The notes under the pieces: model-generated
Seen by the model: only the letters and a program-made list of their open reading frames with translations
What the model was told of the DNA's origin: nothing
Database searches by the model: none
Shown: piece after piece, positions 40,316-51,115 of the stretch
Layout: each line of letters begins with the position of its first letter
Position numbering within the stretch: position 1 is the first letter of the stretch
Translations under genes and position numbers: made by a program
Source of the DNA: an uncultured Acidobacteriota bacterium
GTDB lineage: Bacteria > Acidobacteriota > JAQAZP01
DNA: 64,000 bases
Direction: 5' to 3'
Assembly (NCBI GenBank): GCA_963836075.1
Contig: CAWIIB010000001.1
Coordinates: 1,440,001 to 1,504,000, forward strand

Positions 40316-42721
40316 ATGAACCCCAAACGAAGCACGTATACCGGGCTGTTCCTGATTACCCTGGCCACACTGATGCTCGAGATATTGATGACTCGCATCT
40401 TCAGCGTGACCATGTGGTACCACTTCGCCTTCCTCGCCATATCCACTGCTCTGTTCGGTGCTACGCTGGGAGCAATCATCGTCTACCTTCGCCCTGGCTG
40501 GTTCAGCGGCGAGGTCGTTCACCAACGGATGGCCGCCGGCTCACTCCTCTTTGCTGTCACGGTGGTATTCAGTTTCCTCGTCCATCTCGCCGTACCTTTC
40601 AATACCGATTTCTCCCTGCGCGGCGTCCTCTCCATGGCCTTGACCTACGTGGTGATCTCCCTGCCCTACGTGTTCAGCGGTGTGGTGGTCACCCTCGCAC
40701 TGACCCGTTTCCCCGGCCACGTGGGCAGACTTTACGCTGCCGACCTTATCGGCGCCGCGCTGGGCTGCGTGGTGCTCCTTTGGACCATGAGCTATTCTGA
40801 CGGCCCGTCAGCGGTGATTTTCGTCGCCGCACTGGCCGCAGCCGGCGGGACATCATTTGCCTGCGCCGTTCGCTCACCCTGGCTCCGGCGCTGGGCCGTG
40901 ACCATCTGCGTCGCGCTGCTGGTCTTCACCGTGCTGAATACCGTCGCGGCCAGGAAGCAGACCCCCCTCCTCCATCTCACCTACACCAAGACAGGAAATG
41001 ATCGCCAGCCGCTCACGGTGCGTTGGAATTCCTTTTCTCGCGTGGCGGTACACGGTAACCCGCAGATCCTGAAGAGGCCCGTGGGCTGGGGGTTGAGCGA
41101 CACGTTCAACCCCACCCGCGGCATTCGCCGACTGACCATGCTTATCGATGCCCACGCGGCAACAAACATGATCCACTACACCGGCAATCCGAACGAGGCG
41201 GAGTATCTGAAATACGACATCATAAATCTGGCCCATTACCTTCGACAGGACGCCTCTGTGCTGGTTGTCGGTGCCGGCGGCGGCCGGGACGTACTCTCCG
41301 CTCTGGTATTCGGGCAGCACCGGGTGGAAGCGGTAGAAATCAATGACGATATCATCGACCTGGTCACCGGAGAATACGCCCCCTTCGTGGGAAACCTGCA
41401 CCAGGACCCGCGGGTGGCCTTCACCAACGATGAAGCGCGCAGTTACGTGGCCCGGCAACAGTCGGCCTACGACGTTATCCAGGTCTCATTCATCGACACC
41501 TGGGCCGCCACGTCCTCCGGCGCCTACGTACTCACCGAGCAGTCGCTCTACACGGTGGAGGCCTGGGCCGAGTTCTTCGAGAGCCTCAAACCCCGGGGCA
41601 TCCTCACTGTGTCACGGCTGTACTTCCGTGACGAGCCGGCCACCATGTACAGACTGGTCGGACTGGCTGCCGCAGCTCTTCGTGATCGGGGCGTGACGGA
41701 TCCCCGTCAGCAGATATTGCTCGTGCGCCACCTGCGCAAGAACCCGACAGGCGACAGCCCTGAGGGTGTGGGCACCATCCTGGTCAGTCGCGACCCGTTC
41801 AGCGAAGCTGACCTGGACACGCTGGAGTCAGTGGCAGACCGGCTCGACTTCTCGGTGATCCTCAGTCCCCGCTTCGCCCTTGACGGGATGTACTCCGCCG
41901 TGGCCGCCGGGGAGGATCTGGAGTCCATCTCCCGGGAGTACACGTTCAACATTCTTCCTCCCACCGATGATTCACCCTTCTTCTTCCACCTCCTCCGACT
42001 CCGCGACGCCTTCGGCACCGATATGGACAGTCAGGGGATGGTCAGGTACAACCTGCGAGCGGTTTTCGTCCTCGCGGTGCTGCTGATCGTGGTGGGCGTG
42101 CTCACGCTGCTCTGCATCCTCGTCCCGCTCCTGCTCACCCGCAAGAAGGGCACCCTGGACGGCGCGCTGCCGTTCTTCCTGTTCTTTGCCGCCATCGGCT
42201 TTGGCTTCATCATCGTGGAGATCTCCCAACTCCAGCGGCTGATGATTTTCCTGGGCCACCCCTCGTACAGTCTCTCGGTAGTTCTCTTCTCCCTGCTTGT
42301 CTCCGGCGGTATCGGCAGCTGGACCACGCGGGGAGTGACGACGCAGCGGCTCAGAGCGGCCATCTCGCTGAGACTGGGCACACTTCTCGGTATCCTGATC
42401 CTCTTTGGCGTATTCACACCCTCACTGCTGCATGCCGGGAGTGGGCTGGCCACACCTGTACGGATCCTCGTGGCCATAACCCTCATCGCGCCGTTGGGGC
42501 TGTTCATGGGCATGGCCTTCCCCCTGGGAATGAAGGCGGCCAGCGGCCGGGCCGCTGCACTCACCCCCTGGCTGTGGGGGATTAACGGCGCGACCTCGGT
42601 CTGCGGCTCGGTGCTCGCCGTCGTGGTGGCCCTCAGCTTCGGGATTACCGCCTCCTTCTGGAGCGGCTTTGCCTGCTACGTGCTGGCCCTGGCCGCACTG
42701 CGAGCGGCAACCCGGGTATAG
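40316..42721 (+). CDS. Membrane protein with spermidine synthase-like SAM-dependent methyltransferase domain
   Basis: LEIL.TRIFSVTMWYHF, LYAADL.GA, VLVVGAGGGRDV, VEIN, DEARS, DDSPFFF and W.WGING motifs. Confidence 0.85.
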   Translation: MNPKRSTYTGLFLITLATLMLEILMTRIFSVTMWYHFAFLAISTALFGATLGAIIVYLRPGWFSGEVVHQRMAAGSLLFAVTVVFSFLVHLAVPFNTDFSLRGVLSMALTYVVISLPYVFSGVVVTLALTRFPGHVGRLYAADLIGAALGCVVLLWTMSYSDGPSAVIFVAALAAAGGTSFACAVRSPWLRRWAVTICVALLVFTVLNTVAARKQTPLLHLTYTKTGNDRQPLTVRWNSFSRVAVHGNPQILKRPVGWGLSDTFNPTRGIRRLTMLIDAHAATNMIHYTGNPNEAEYLKYDIINLAHYLRQDASVLVVGAGGGRDVLSALVFGQHRVEAVEINDDIIDLVTGEYAPFVGNLHQDPRVAFTNDEARSYVARQQSAYDVIQVSFIDTWAATSSGAYVLTEQSLYTVEAWAEFFESLKPRGILTVSRLYFRDEPATMYRLVGLAAAALRDRGVTDPRQQILLVRHLRKNPTGDSPEGVGTILVSRDPFSEADLDTLESVADRLDFSVILSPRFALDGMYSAVAAGEDLESISREYTFNILPPTDDSPFFFHLLRLRDAFGTDMDSQGMVRYNLRAVFVLAVLLIVVGVLTLLCILVPLLLTRKKGTLDGALPFFLFFAAIGFGFIIVEISQLQRLMIFLGHPSYSLSVVLFSLLVSGGIGSWTTRGVTTQRLRAAISLRLGTLLGILILFGVFTPSLLHAGSGLATPVRILVAITLIAPLGLFMGMAFPLGMKAASGRAAALTPWLWGINGATSVCGSVLAVVVALSFGITASFWSGFACYVLALAALRAATRV

Positions 42722-42767
42722 CCAGCCCAGCCCGTGCCTCCCGAAAAGGCTATTATTGAAGGCACTC

Positions 42768-42857
42768 AATCCGGGTTTGACACCAACGATCCCGGATCAT
42801 CCGTACCGCCACTTCATCCCGAACATGTACGCTCTGAGCCATCAGCCCGGGGAGCCA
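42768..42857 (+). repeat. Element-end repeat copy 2 ending in tRNA-like att core
   Basis: 75/90 identical to 31775-31864, with the last 51 bp 48/51 identical. Confidence 0.9.
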
Positions 42858-43178
42858 TTTAAATCCGCTGATAACCTGAACATCACACAGCTGAACAAGA
42901 ATCACCCGGATTCTTCCTAGCCGGTCTCGATTCCCCATCAGACCACACTCAAGTTCCGCGCAGCTTCGGTTTCGACACATTAAGCTCATCAGCAACACCT
43001 TCTGATTTTCATTGCAGAAAATAGCCGCGAAGTATATCTTATTAATAGGATATCGAGGAATCGTGACACCTCCCGATGTTCCATTCAGACAACCTGTTGA
43101 TTTTATTGATGTACGGATTTTCAGCGAGCCACAGACGCGTGACCTCAGCTGCACCTTGAGAAGGAAAATCCGAATTAC

Positions 43179-43486
43179 CCTGTCACAGTCCTTGATGCCT
43201 TTGCACTATGGATATAGTGAGTGGGCACGGTGGAATCCCTGCACCCCCAAAATTCGCATTGAAATCTGAACCAAACTCGATTCAATTGTGGGAAACCCCA
43301 GGCGAGTGCCTTGAGAGCATTGCCGCATTGAATCGAACAGTCTCGGGAGGTCAATCATGTTCGGACGCACAAGCAGAAAAATACTCTTGGCAGCCATACT
43401 CATGACGTTGCCGTTGGCGGTGGCCCATGGTGCCGACAACACCCTGGAGCGCATGGACGGATGGCCGTACGCCGGAGCGCGCGCCG
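43179..43486 (+). repeat. Duplicated leader + signal-peptide block, copy 1
   Basis: Aligns with 45662-45969. The last 34 bp are identical. Confidence 0.92.
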
Positions 43487-45630
43487 TGGCCGTCGATGCC
43501 GCCCGCGATCTCGTCTATCTCGGCAGCGGCGGAGCGGTTCTCGTTCTCGACATGAGCGATCCCGCCGACCCGCAACTGGTCTCCGACAGTCTGCATACCG
43601 ACGGCCATGTCCGCGACTTGCGCTACGACGGAGCGAACCAGCATCTCTGTGTGGCGGATTGGCGGACCGGTCTCGAAATCTGGGACCTCGAGGACCCGCA
43701 GAATCCGGAGCGGCTCAGTTCGGTGCCGGTGTATTACTCGGGTACGGACGCCGACTTCCCGACCGACGGCCTCGTTATCCTGGGCGAGTACCTCTATATC
43801 AACGCCAACGATGCCCGCGTCCACGCCTTTGACATCTCGGATGCCGCCAACCCTGTCGATCTCGGCGTGCAGGCCGGTCCGTTCTGGTACTACATCGAGG
43901 ACCGGGATACGGATGACGTGGCCGCCTCAGGCGGCTACCTGTACGTCGGGGGCAGCGGCGGCCTGGCCAAGTACCTGATCCACGCGGATGGAACGCTGGA
44001 GAAGGTCGGAGAAAACCTCTACTCCAACCTGGGCTGCATGGAAGCGAAGAATCCGTACGTGTATGCGGGCGTCTCCGGCGGTCTCGGGGTATTCGATGTG
44101 AGCTATTCCTACCCGGAGCTGGTGGGGTCCGCAAACGTGTCCGAGGGACTGAACGACCTGGCGCTGATTGGAAATAACGTGGTGGCCGTGAACCGCGACG
44201 GCCTACTCGTCTTCGATGTCTCCACACCGCCGTCACCACAGCAGATCGCGTCCCTGGCGCTGCCTGACGAGGGACACCGGGTGCGGTTCGACGGTGATAT
44301 CGCCTATGTCGCCTGTGAAGGAGCGGGCCTCCAGGTGGTCGATATCAGCGATCTGTACAACCCCGTCCTCATCGGCAGCTACGACACGGTGGGTTCGACG
44401 GCCGCGGTGATGGTCGCCGGAGACTATGCCTTCCTCGGCCAGAGCACTGACGGCCTGGTGATCACGGATATCAGCAATCCGAACGCCGTCCAGACCGTGG
44501 GCACGTCCGAAGGCGGCTCGGCCATTGAGTCCCTGCTGCTCGGCGACTATCTCTATGTTACCGACTATTACACCCCGGCGTTGCACGTCTTCGATGTCAG
44601 TGACGTGTCGAACCCGGTCGAGGTTGGCGCCGTCTCCGACTTCACCGCGGTCGACCTGGCGACCGACGGCGAGTTCCTCTACGCCACGCGCTTCTCGGTG
44701 GCCACGCAGCTCTACTACCTGCACGTCTTCGACCTGTCGGATCCCACCTCGCCGGTGGAGCTGAGCACGATTCCAATGTCGCCTCACATCCTCGAACTCG
44801 ATTACGCGAATGATCATCTGTTCGCCATCGAGTTCTACGACACGGGCCTGCACATCATCAACGTTTCCGATCCGTACAATCCATTCGAGGACGCCTTCTA
44901 TCCCGTTGACTGGGGCGAGGATGTCTGCACCCAGGGGAATTACGCCTTCGTGACCTCATTCCACCAGGGCCTGCTCGTGCTGGACATCAGCGAGCCGGCC
45001 AGCCCGACCCTTGCCGGAAACTTCTACGAGGTATTCCAGTTCGGCGATGTGGCCGTCACCGGCGACCTGGCCTTCATCACCACGGGGACCACCGGAGAGC
45101 AGTACCTGCGGCTCTACGATGTGAGCGATCTGGGCAACATCAACGAACTCGACCGGATGCTCCTGCCCGGCGACGCCTGGGACCTGACGGCTCAAGACGG
45201 CTTTGCCTACGTTGCCGACGGGTTTGCCGGCCTCCAGGTCATCAGCGCCGGAGCGGATGTCCCGACCATCGGCGCGGAGTTCAGCTGTGTGCCCTCATCC
45301 GGCACGGTGCCCTTCAGCACCCAGATGACCGTGACCCTGGCCAACCTGTACACCGGTGAGCGCCGCCGGATCGCCGGCCGGATCGACATCACTCTGGCCG
45401 GCGGTTACTCGTTCCCCAGCTGGCGCACGGGGTATGCCAACGTGGCCGCCGGCGGTGGATACACCACGGCCTGGGTGACCGACATCCCGGCAATCGGCTC
45501 GGTGGTCGGGGACAACACGTTCCAGCTCTTTGTCGAAGACGTCACCCCTTCGCCTTTCAATCAGCCGCCTTACCCGCCGGCAGGCGACACCGCAAACGCT
45601 GCTTGCACGGTGACCGGCGTAGCACCGTGA
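43357..45630 (+). CDS. Secreted LVIVD-repeat beta-propeller protein with shared C-terminal domain
   Basis: Signal peptide, many AYVA..GL.V.DISDP..P repeats, and CTD from about 45265. Confidence 0.9.
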   Translation: MFGRTSRKILLAAILMTLPLAVAHGADNTLERMDGWPYAGARAVAVDAARDLVYLGSGGAVLVLDMSDPADPQLVSDSLHTDGHVRDLRYDGANQHLCVADWRTGLEIWDLEDPQNPERLSSVPVYYSGTDADFPTDGLVILGEYLYINANDARVHAFDISDAANPVDLGVQAGPFWYYIEDRDTDDVAASGGYLYVGGSGGLAKYLIHADGTLEKVGENLYSNLGCMEAKNPYVYAGVSGGLGVFDVSYSYPELVGSANVSEGLNDLALIGNNVVAVNRDGLLVFDVSTPPSPQQIASLALPDEGHRVRFDGDIAYVACEGAGLQVVDISDLYNPVLIGSYDTVGSTAAVMVAGDYAFLGQSTDGLVITDISNPNAVQTVGTSEGGSAIESLLLGDYLYVTDYYTPALHVFDVSDVSNPVEVGAVSDFTAVDLATDGEFLYATRFSVATQLYYLHVFDLSDPTSPVELSTIPMSPHILELDYANDHLFAIEFYDTGLHIINVSDPYNPFEDAFYPVDWGEDVCTQGNYAFVTSFHQGLLVLDISEPASPTLAGNFYEVFQFGDVAVTGDLAFITTGTTGEQYLRLYDVSDLGNINELDRMLLPGDAWDLTAQDGFAYVADGFAGLQVISAGADVPTIGAEFSCVPSSGTVPFSTQMTVTLANLYTGERRRIAGRIDITLAGGYSFPSWRTGYANVAAGGGYTTAWVTDIPAIGSVVGDNTFQLFVEDVTPSPFNQPPYPPAGDTANAACTVTGVAP

Positions 45631-45661
45631 GAATTCTGTGAAACAGGAGGGGGATTACCAG

Positions 45662-45969
45662 CCTGTCACAGTCTTTGAAGCGTTTGCATATAAGGATATA
45701 GTGAGTGGGCACGGGAAATCCCCGCACACCCCAAATCCGCATTGAAATCTGAACCACACTCCGGTCAATTATGGGAAACCCCAGGCGGGTGCCGTGAGGG
45801 CAGCGCCGAAATGACTCGGACAGTCTCGGGAGGTCAACTATGTTCGGAGGCACTAGCAAGAAATTATTTTTGGTAACTTTACTCATGACGTTGTCGTTGG
45901 CGATGGCCCAGGGTGACGAGATCACCCTGGATCGAATGGACGGATGGCCGTACGCCGGAGCGCGCGCCG
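45662..45969 (+). repeat. Duplicated leader + signal-peptide block, copy 2
   Basis: Aligns with 43179-43486. Confidence 0.92.
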
Positions 45970-48249
45970 GCCAGACCATCTTCGGTGAACCGCAGTACTG
46001 GGGCTTCGCGGGCGGCTTCGCCACCGTCCCCGGCGACTTCGACAACGACGGTGACGCCGACCTCTTCACCGTCCATCCGCCCGTCTACGACAGCTTCGGC
46101 CAGCTCATCTACCCGGGCGACTACACGATCAATTTCAACACCGACGGCCTGGGCTCTTTCAGCTCCCAGACACTCATCGACTCGCAGGGTGCCTACAGAG
46201 TCCTGGCCGAAGACCTTAACGACGACAACGCCCTCGACATCATCGACGGCGACCTCGGCGTCATGCTCGGCAACGGCGACGGAACCTTCGGCCCGATCAT
46301 CCAGTACAGCAACGGCAGCGGCCACGGCCCGGCCCTCCGCGTCGCCTTCGGCGACATGGACGGTGACGATGACACCGATATCATCGTCCCCAACGACGGC
46401 CCGGTCCTGCTCAATTACGGTGACGGCACCTTCTACACCAACTTCGTCTCGAGCGATGTCGCCGCCGGCACTGCTGTCGGCGTCGGCGATATCAACGAGG
46501 ACGGCCATCTCGACGTCGCCACCATCCGCAGCGCCTACGACGTCGTCAACATCCAGCTCGGCCTCGGAGATGGTTTCGGCAACCCGGGTGAGTCCTACAC
46601 CGTCCCCATCGGCGGGGAATACCCGATCGATATGGCCCTCACCGATATGAATGGCGATGACCACCTCGACCTCGTAACCCTGAACGACGACACCGACGAT
46701 GTCACCGTCATCCTCGGCAACGGCGACGGCACGTTCGGCGCCCCGGCGACCTACGACCCGCACGAGCCGGCGTATTACGTTGTGGAAGTATTCAAGGTCG
46801 CGGACGTCAGCGGCGATGGCGCCCCGGATGTGATGGTCACCAGTACCGGTCTACGGCGACGCAGAGAGTCATCAGGAGTCCGGGCTGTTGCTCAACGACG
46901 GCGCCGGCGGACTCGCGCTCGTTCAGACGATCGAGCGCTTCGGTCAGCTCGGCGAGAACATCGTCGCCGCCGATCTCAACGACGACGGCAATACCGATCT
47001 CGCCAACGCATCCCACCTGCTGTTCAATCAGCTTCCGGCAACGACCGGCATGGGCGTGCAGCCGCTCGACGACTTCTTCTCCATCGGGCCGTATGGCGGT
47101 CCGTTCGACCCGCCGAGCAAGACCTACACGCTGGCTAACAACGAGGCGTTCCCGATCGAATACAGCGCCGGCGCGGACGCCGACTGGATCACCATCGACA
47201 ACACGGGCGGGATGATCCCGGCCGGCGAAAGCATCGACGTCACCGTCAGCATCAACGGGAACGCGGAGTCGCTGCCGCACGGCGACTACTCGGCTCTGGT
47301 GTCGCTCGTCAACCTGACCAATCATCACGGCGACCGCACGCGGGGCGTCACGCTGCAGGTCGGCATCCCCCAGGTGGTCTACTCGTTCCCCCTGGATACC
47401 GATCCCGGCTGGCAGACCGAGGGCGACTGGGCCTTCGGCCAGCCCACCGGCCAGGGCGGCGCGCACGGCTCGCCCGATCCGACCAGCGGATACACCGGAC
47501 CGAACGTGTACGGCTACAACCTGAACGGCGACTACTCGGGCTTCCTGTGGGATACGAATCTCACCACCGGCGCCATCGACTGCTCGAACCTGAGCCACGT
47601 GACTTTGCGCTTCCGGCGCTGGCTCGGGGTGCGGGATCAACCCGATAATGCCTACGTCCGCCTGAGCACCGACGGCGACTTCTTCCTCTACGTGTGGTTC
47701 AACGAGAATGAGGTCTACGATAACGACTGGCAACTCGTGGAGTACGACATCTCCGGCTTCGCCGACGGCGAGTCGACCGTGTATCTCCAGTGGACCCTGG
47801 GTCCGACCTATAGCGGCGGCGCCTGCGGATGGAACATCGACGACGTCGAAATCCTGGCTGTCGAGAATGGCGCATCGCCGTCCACGGTAGATGCCGGCAT
47901 GAGTTGCTCCCCATCCTCCGGCACCCTGCCATTTTCCGAGCACTTCGGGGCGACGTTGACCAACCAGTACAAGAATTTCAATCGTGTCATCAACGGCCGA
48001 ATCAGTGTGGCCCTTGCCGGCGGCCAGTTCTACTCCAACTGGAAATCGGGGCAGGTGACCCTGGGCGGAGGCGAATCCTACACCAGGTCGTTCAACCAGG
48101 TTCTGCCGAATCTCGGTGCGCTCATCGGCACAAACACCTTCACCCTGGTCGCGGAAGACACGACGCCCGCGCCGTACAATCAGCCGCCCTACCCGCCCGC
48201 TGGTGATACAGCCACAGCCACTTGTACCGTGACGGGGGTTGCGCCATAG
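45840..48249 (+). pseudogene. Secreted FG-GAP/VCBS + BACON-like + jelly-roll protein with shared CTD, split by a +1 frameshift near 46845
   Basis: ORF 45840 carries FG-GAP repeats up to APDVMVT. The repeat continues in the next frame (ESGLLLNDGAGG...ADLNDDG.TDL) in ORF 46888-48249. CTD from about 47884. Could also be a sequencing error. Confidence 0.75.
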
Positions 48250-48294
48250 CATGACCTTCAGAGATGACGACAGGCAGGCCAGAGCCCTTCCCTC

Positions 48295-48325
48295 ATGCAC
48301 CACGAAGGGGACCTTCGTGGTGCAT
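48295..48325. terminator. 14-bp perfect hairpin between convergent genes
   Basis: ATGCACCACGAAGG-gga-CCTTCGTGGTGCAT followed by TT. Confidence 0.65.
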
Positions 48326-48432
48326 TTAAGAGGAAGTCGGAACACTCCGCAGCAGACTCAACCTGGCCGCGGACTGCGGAGTGCCCGACCTATCTGGATG
48401 GGCGCATCGAATTCGGTAAGAGCCGCAAGTTC

Positions 48433-49518
48433 TCACAGGGGGCAGTCGAACGTAGGGTCCACCGCGCAGCGGTAGAAGGTCCGGAACCCCGTGACCGCCT
48501 CGTCCAGACCGGGGATGTTGGCCATGATGTCGCCCTCGGTGTAGTAGTCCCGCGAGTAGTAGACCCGCGTGCCCCAGCCGCGGAACTTGACGATCGACAT
48601 GCCCTTGGCGCTGAAGGGGACGCCACCGAACTGGCCGACCATCGTCCAGGTCGCCGTATACACACCGTTGATCAGGCTCTCGTCTTCGACCGTGGTGACG
48701 AGGTCCGGCGAACTGCTGAACAACCGGCCGAGGAACTCCGTCATCGTGCCGATGCCATCGATCTCGACGATCGGGTCGCGATACGCGATGTCGGCGGTGT
48801 AGTAGGGCAGTAGGGATTGCCAGTTCTCGGCGTTTATCTCGACGAGCGCACGGGCGATCTCCATCCGCTGCCAGCGGAGCCAGAGCCTGGAACGGTCCCG
48901 GTCATCGTCATCGCCATCGCCCGCAATGAAGGAGCCGCTTATCGGCTTGACCCCGGGAAGGGCGTCGTACGAGGTGCCCTCGAATGGGCAGTCGAAGGTG
49001 GGATCCACCGCGCAGCGGTAGAAGGTCCTGAAACCGATCACCGCCTCGTCGAGACCGGGGATATTGATCATGATGTCGTTCTCGGAGTAGTAATCCCGCT
49101 GATAGTAGACCCGCGTGCTCAAACCGCGGAACTTGATGATCGAAATGCCCTTGGCGCTGTAGGGAACGCCGCTGAACTGGCCGACCATCGTCCAGGTTGC
49201 CGTGTAGGTGCCGCGGACCAGGGTCTCGTCCTCAATCGTCGTGACGAGGTCCGGCGAGCTGCCGAACAGCCGCCCGAGGAACTCCGTCATCGTTTCGATG
49301 CCGTAAATGTCGACGATCGGATCGTGGTATTCGATGTCGTTGGCGTAGTACGGCAAAATGGATGGCCAGTTCGTCGACTGCACTTCGATCAGGGCGCGCC
49401 CGACCTCCATCCGCTCCTGGTAAAGCCGGCCGAAACCGGAAGCCTCTGCGTCGCAAAAGACAGGCAGGAGCATGAGGGTGCACAAGATAACTACTGCTGG
49501 TCCTGAGAGCTTCTTCAT
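48433..49518 (-). CDS. Secreted protein with two tandem SnoaL/NTF2-like domains
   Basis: AGAGGAG RBS, signal peptide, and two copies of Y..DI.Y.DP....G...M..FL...TW.M...G.SI.KF...VYY.RDYY. Confidence 0.85.
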   Translation of the reverse strand: MKKLSGPAVVILCTLMLLPVFCDAEASGFGRLYQERMEVGRALIEVQSTNWPSILPYYANDIEYHDPIVDIYGIETMTEFLGRLFGSSPDLVTTIEDETLVRGTYTATWTMVGQFSGVPYSAKGISIIKFRGLSTRVYYQRDYYSENDIMINIPGLDEAVIGFRTFYRCAVDPTFDCPFEGTSYDALPGVKPISGSFIAGDGDDDDRDRSRLWLRWQRMEIARALVEINAENWQSLLPYYTADIAYRDPIVEIDGIGTMTEFLGRLFSSSPDLVTTVEDESLINGVYTATWTMVGQFGGVPFSAKGMSIVKFRGWGTRVYYSRDYYTEGDIMANIPGLDEAVTGFRTFYRCAVDPTFDCPL

Positions 49519-49767
49519 TCTGGTTCTCCTCTGGATGATGAAGTGGTCAACGAGATCGGCCACTCAACGACCGACCCGCCAACTGACGATGGGCGATATT
49601 CATCGCAACACTAGATGACTGTCGGCAAAGCAGGAAATGGTCGGGGAAATGCCAGCGGGGGACCTGTGTGCCTCATCCACCGAACACGACGATCAGTGCC
49701 CAGAGGGCATTGAACCGAGTCAATTTCTGCATCACTTTCGTCCATTCCTCTTGATCACAGTCGCTTG

Positions 49768-49796
49768 TTTGTAGCACCAAACAGATAATTTGTCAA
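49768..49796 (-). promoter_or_regulatory. Possible sigma70 promoter with AT-rich upstream element
   Basis: Minus-strand TTGACA-N17-TACAAA with TG extension, next to an AT-rich tract at 49797-49828. Confidence 0.45.
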
Positions 49797-49943
49797 TATA
49801 TTTATAGATATTATATAGATATATTTTAGTCAACGCCAAAGAGCGCACTTCAGAAACGCTCTCCTTTTTTCTGTACGAATTGCAGCCATTGAGGTGGAGT
49901 AATGACGAGGCCCTGATGTATGGCGGGATAAAGTAGACCGAGT

Positions 49944-50990
49944 CTACGGAAGGAGTTCCCACCGGGCGCCCCGCCCACGTCCGCTGAGTCGAAGCTTACC
50001 CTGCTTCTTCAACTCGGCCAGGACCTTCTTGATCAGTTGGGGACTCACCATGGGAAGTTGGGCTGCAAGGTCGCCGAGAGTAAACAGTTCCACCTGGGCA
50101 AGAACAGCCTTTTTGATGAGATCACTCTTGGCCGGACGGGCTTCCACTGTTCCAACCTGCCGCTCAAACTCCCTGTAGGCTCGGTGCAGGACACCTAAAA
50201 AGTAGTTCCACCAGGGGACAATGCTGTTCTGGCCTTCATGCCAACCGATGGAACACTCTTCGAGCACGCGGTAATACTCGTCCTTGCTGTCCTCCACCAG
50301 ACGCTCCAGACTGATATAACGTGCCACCTCATAACCATCTGTCTGAAGCAGCAGTGTCGTTGCGAGGCGGGAGACGCGTCCATTCCCGTCAAGGAACGGA
50401 TGGATGCACAAGAGGTCGAGAACGAAAGTGCCGATAGCCAGCAAGGGCGGGACCCGCTGGTTTTCTTTAGTATTGCGGTAATTCCTGCAGAGCGACTCCA
50501 CGGTTCTTGGGGTGGCGCTGGCAGAAGTGGGAATGAACCGAACCCTCCTCTCGCCATTGGGCAGGATTTCGATGATCTCATTGTCCCGCTGTTTCCACTC
50601 CCCGGCATCACCCGAAAGCCCTCCCTGTGCCATGGCATGAAACCGCTGGATGACCGCCGGTGTGATGGGCACTCTTCTCTTACGTGAAAAGATCCAGTCC
50701 AGAACCTTGCGATACCCCGCAAGTTCTTCTTCCGAGCGATCCCTGGGCTTGACCCCACCCTGGACAACAGGTCGAAGCCTGTGCGACGGAATCGTCACCC
50801 CCTCGATGCGGTTCGATGATTCGACACTCTGGATAATTGCCTGCTCGCGGAGCGCGTCCAGCACTTCCGGTTTCTGTCTAATCCAAAGATCCTGTTTCCC
50901 CCGTGCCTCCATGCAGGAGGCGAGAAGCCACCCCGTGCCGACCGGGATCGACATCTTCATGAGTTTGGCCGGATCAAGAGATAACACCAT
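49944..50990 (-). CDS. Fic family protein with C-terminal wHTH
   Basis: SNRIEG, canonical HPFLDGNGRVSR motif, and G.GRGARW wing. Confidence 0.92.
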   Translation of the reverse strand: MVLSLDPAKLMKMSIPVGTGWLLASCMEARGKQDLWIRQKPEVLDALREQAIIQSVESSNRIEGVTIPSHRLRPVVQGGVKPRDRSEEELAGYRKVLDWIFSRKRRVPITPAVIQRFHAMAQGGLSGDAGEWKQRDNEIIEILPNGERRVRFIPTSASATPRTVESLCRNYRNTKENQRVPPLLAIGTFVLDLLCIHPFLDGNGRVSRLATTLLLQTDGYEVARYISLERLVEDSKDEYYRVLEECSIGWHEGQNSIVPWWNYFLGVLHRAYREFERQVGTVEARPAKSDLIKKAVLAQVELFTLGDLAAQLPMVSPQLIKKVLAELKKQGKLRLSGRGRGARWELLP

Positions 50991-51079
50991 TCCTCTCCCC
51001 TGCTATCAGTGGCCTAATAATAGCCTATTACCAAATTAATAGCCAATTCACTACGGGCGGCCTCTTGAAGGCTTGTGGC

Positions 51080-51115
51080 GAGAGACGTTCGTAATCAGCG
51101 GCATTCGGGGAGCCA
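51080..51115 (+). repeat. att-like copy of tRNA-Asn 3' end (second end type)
   Basis: GAGAGACGTTCGTAATCAGCGGCATTCGGGGAGCCA. Resembles 62855-62889. Confidence 0.6.
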
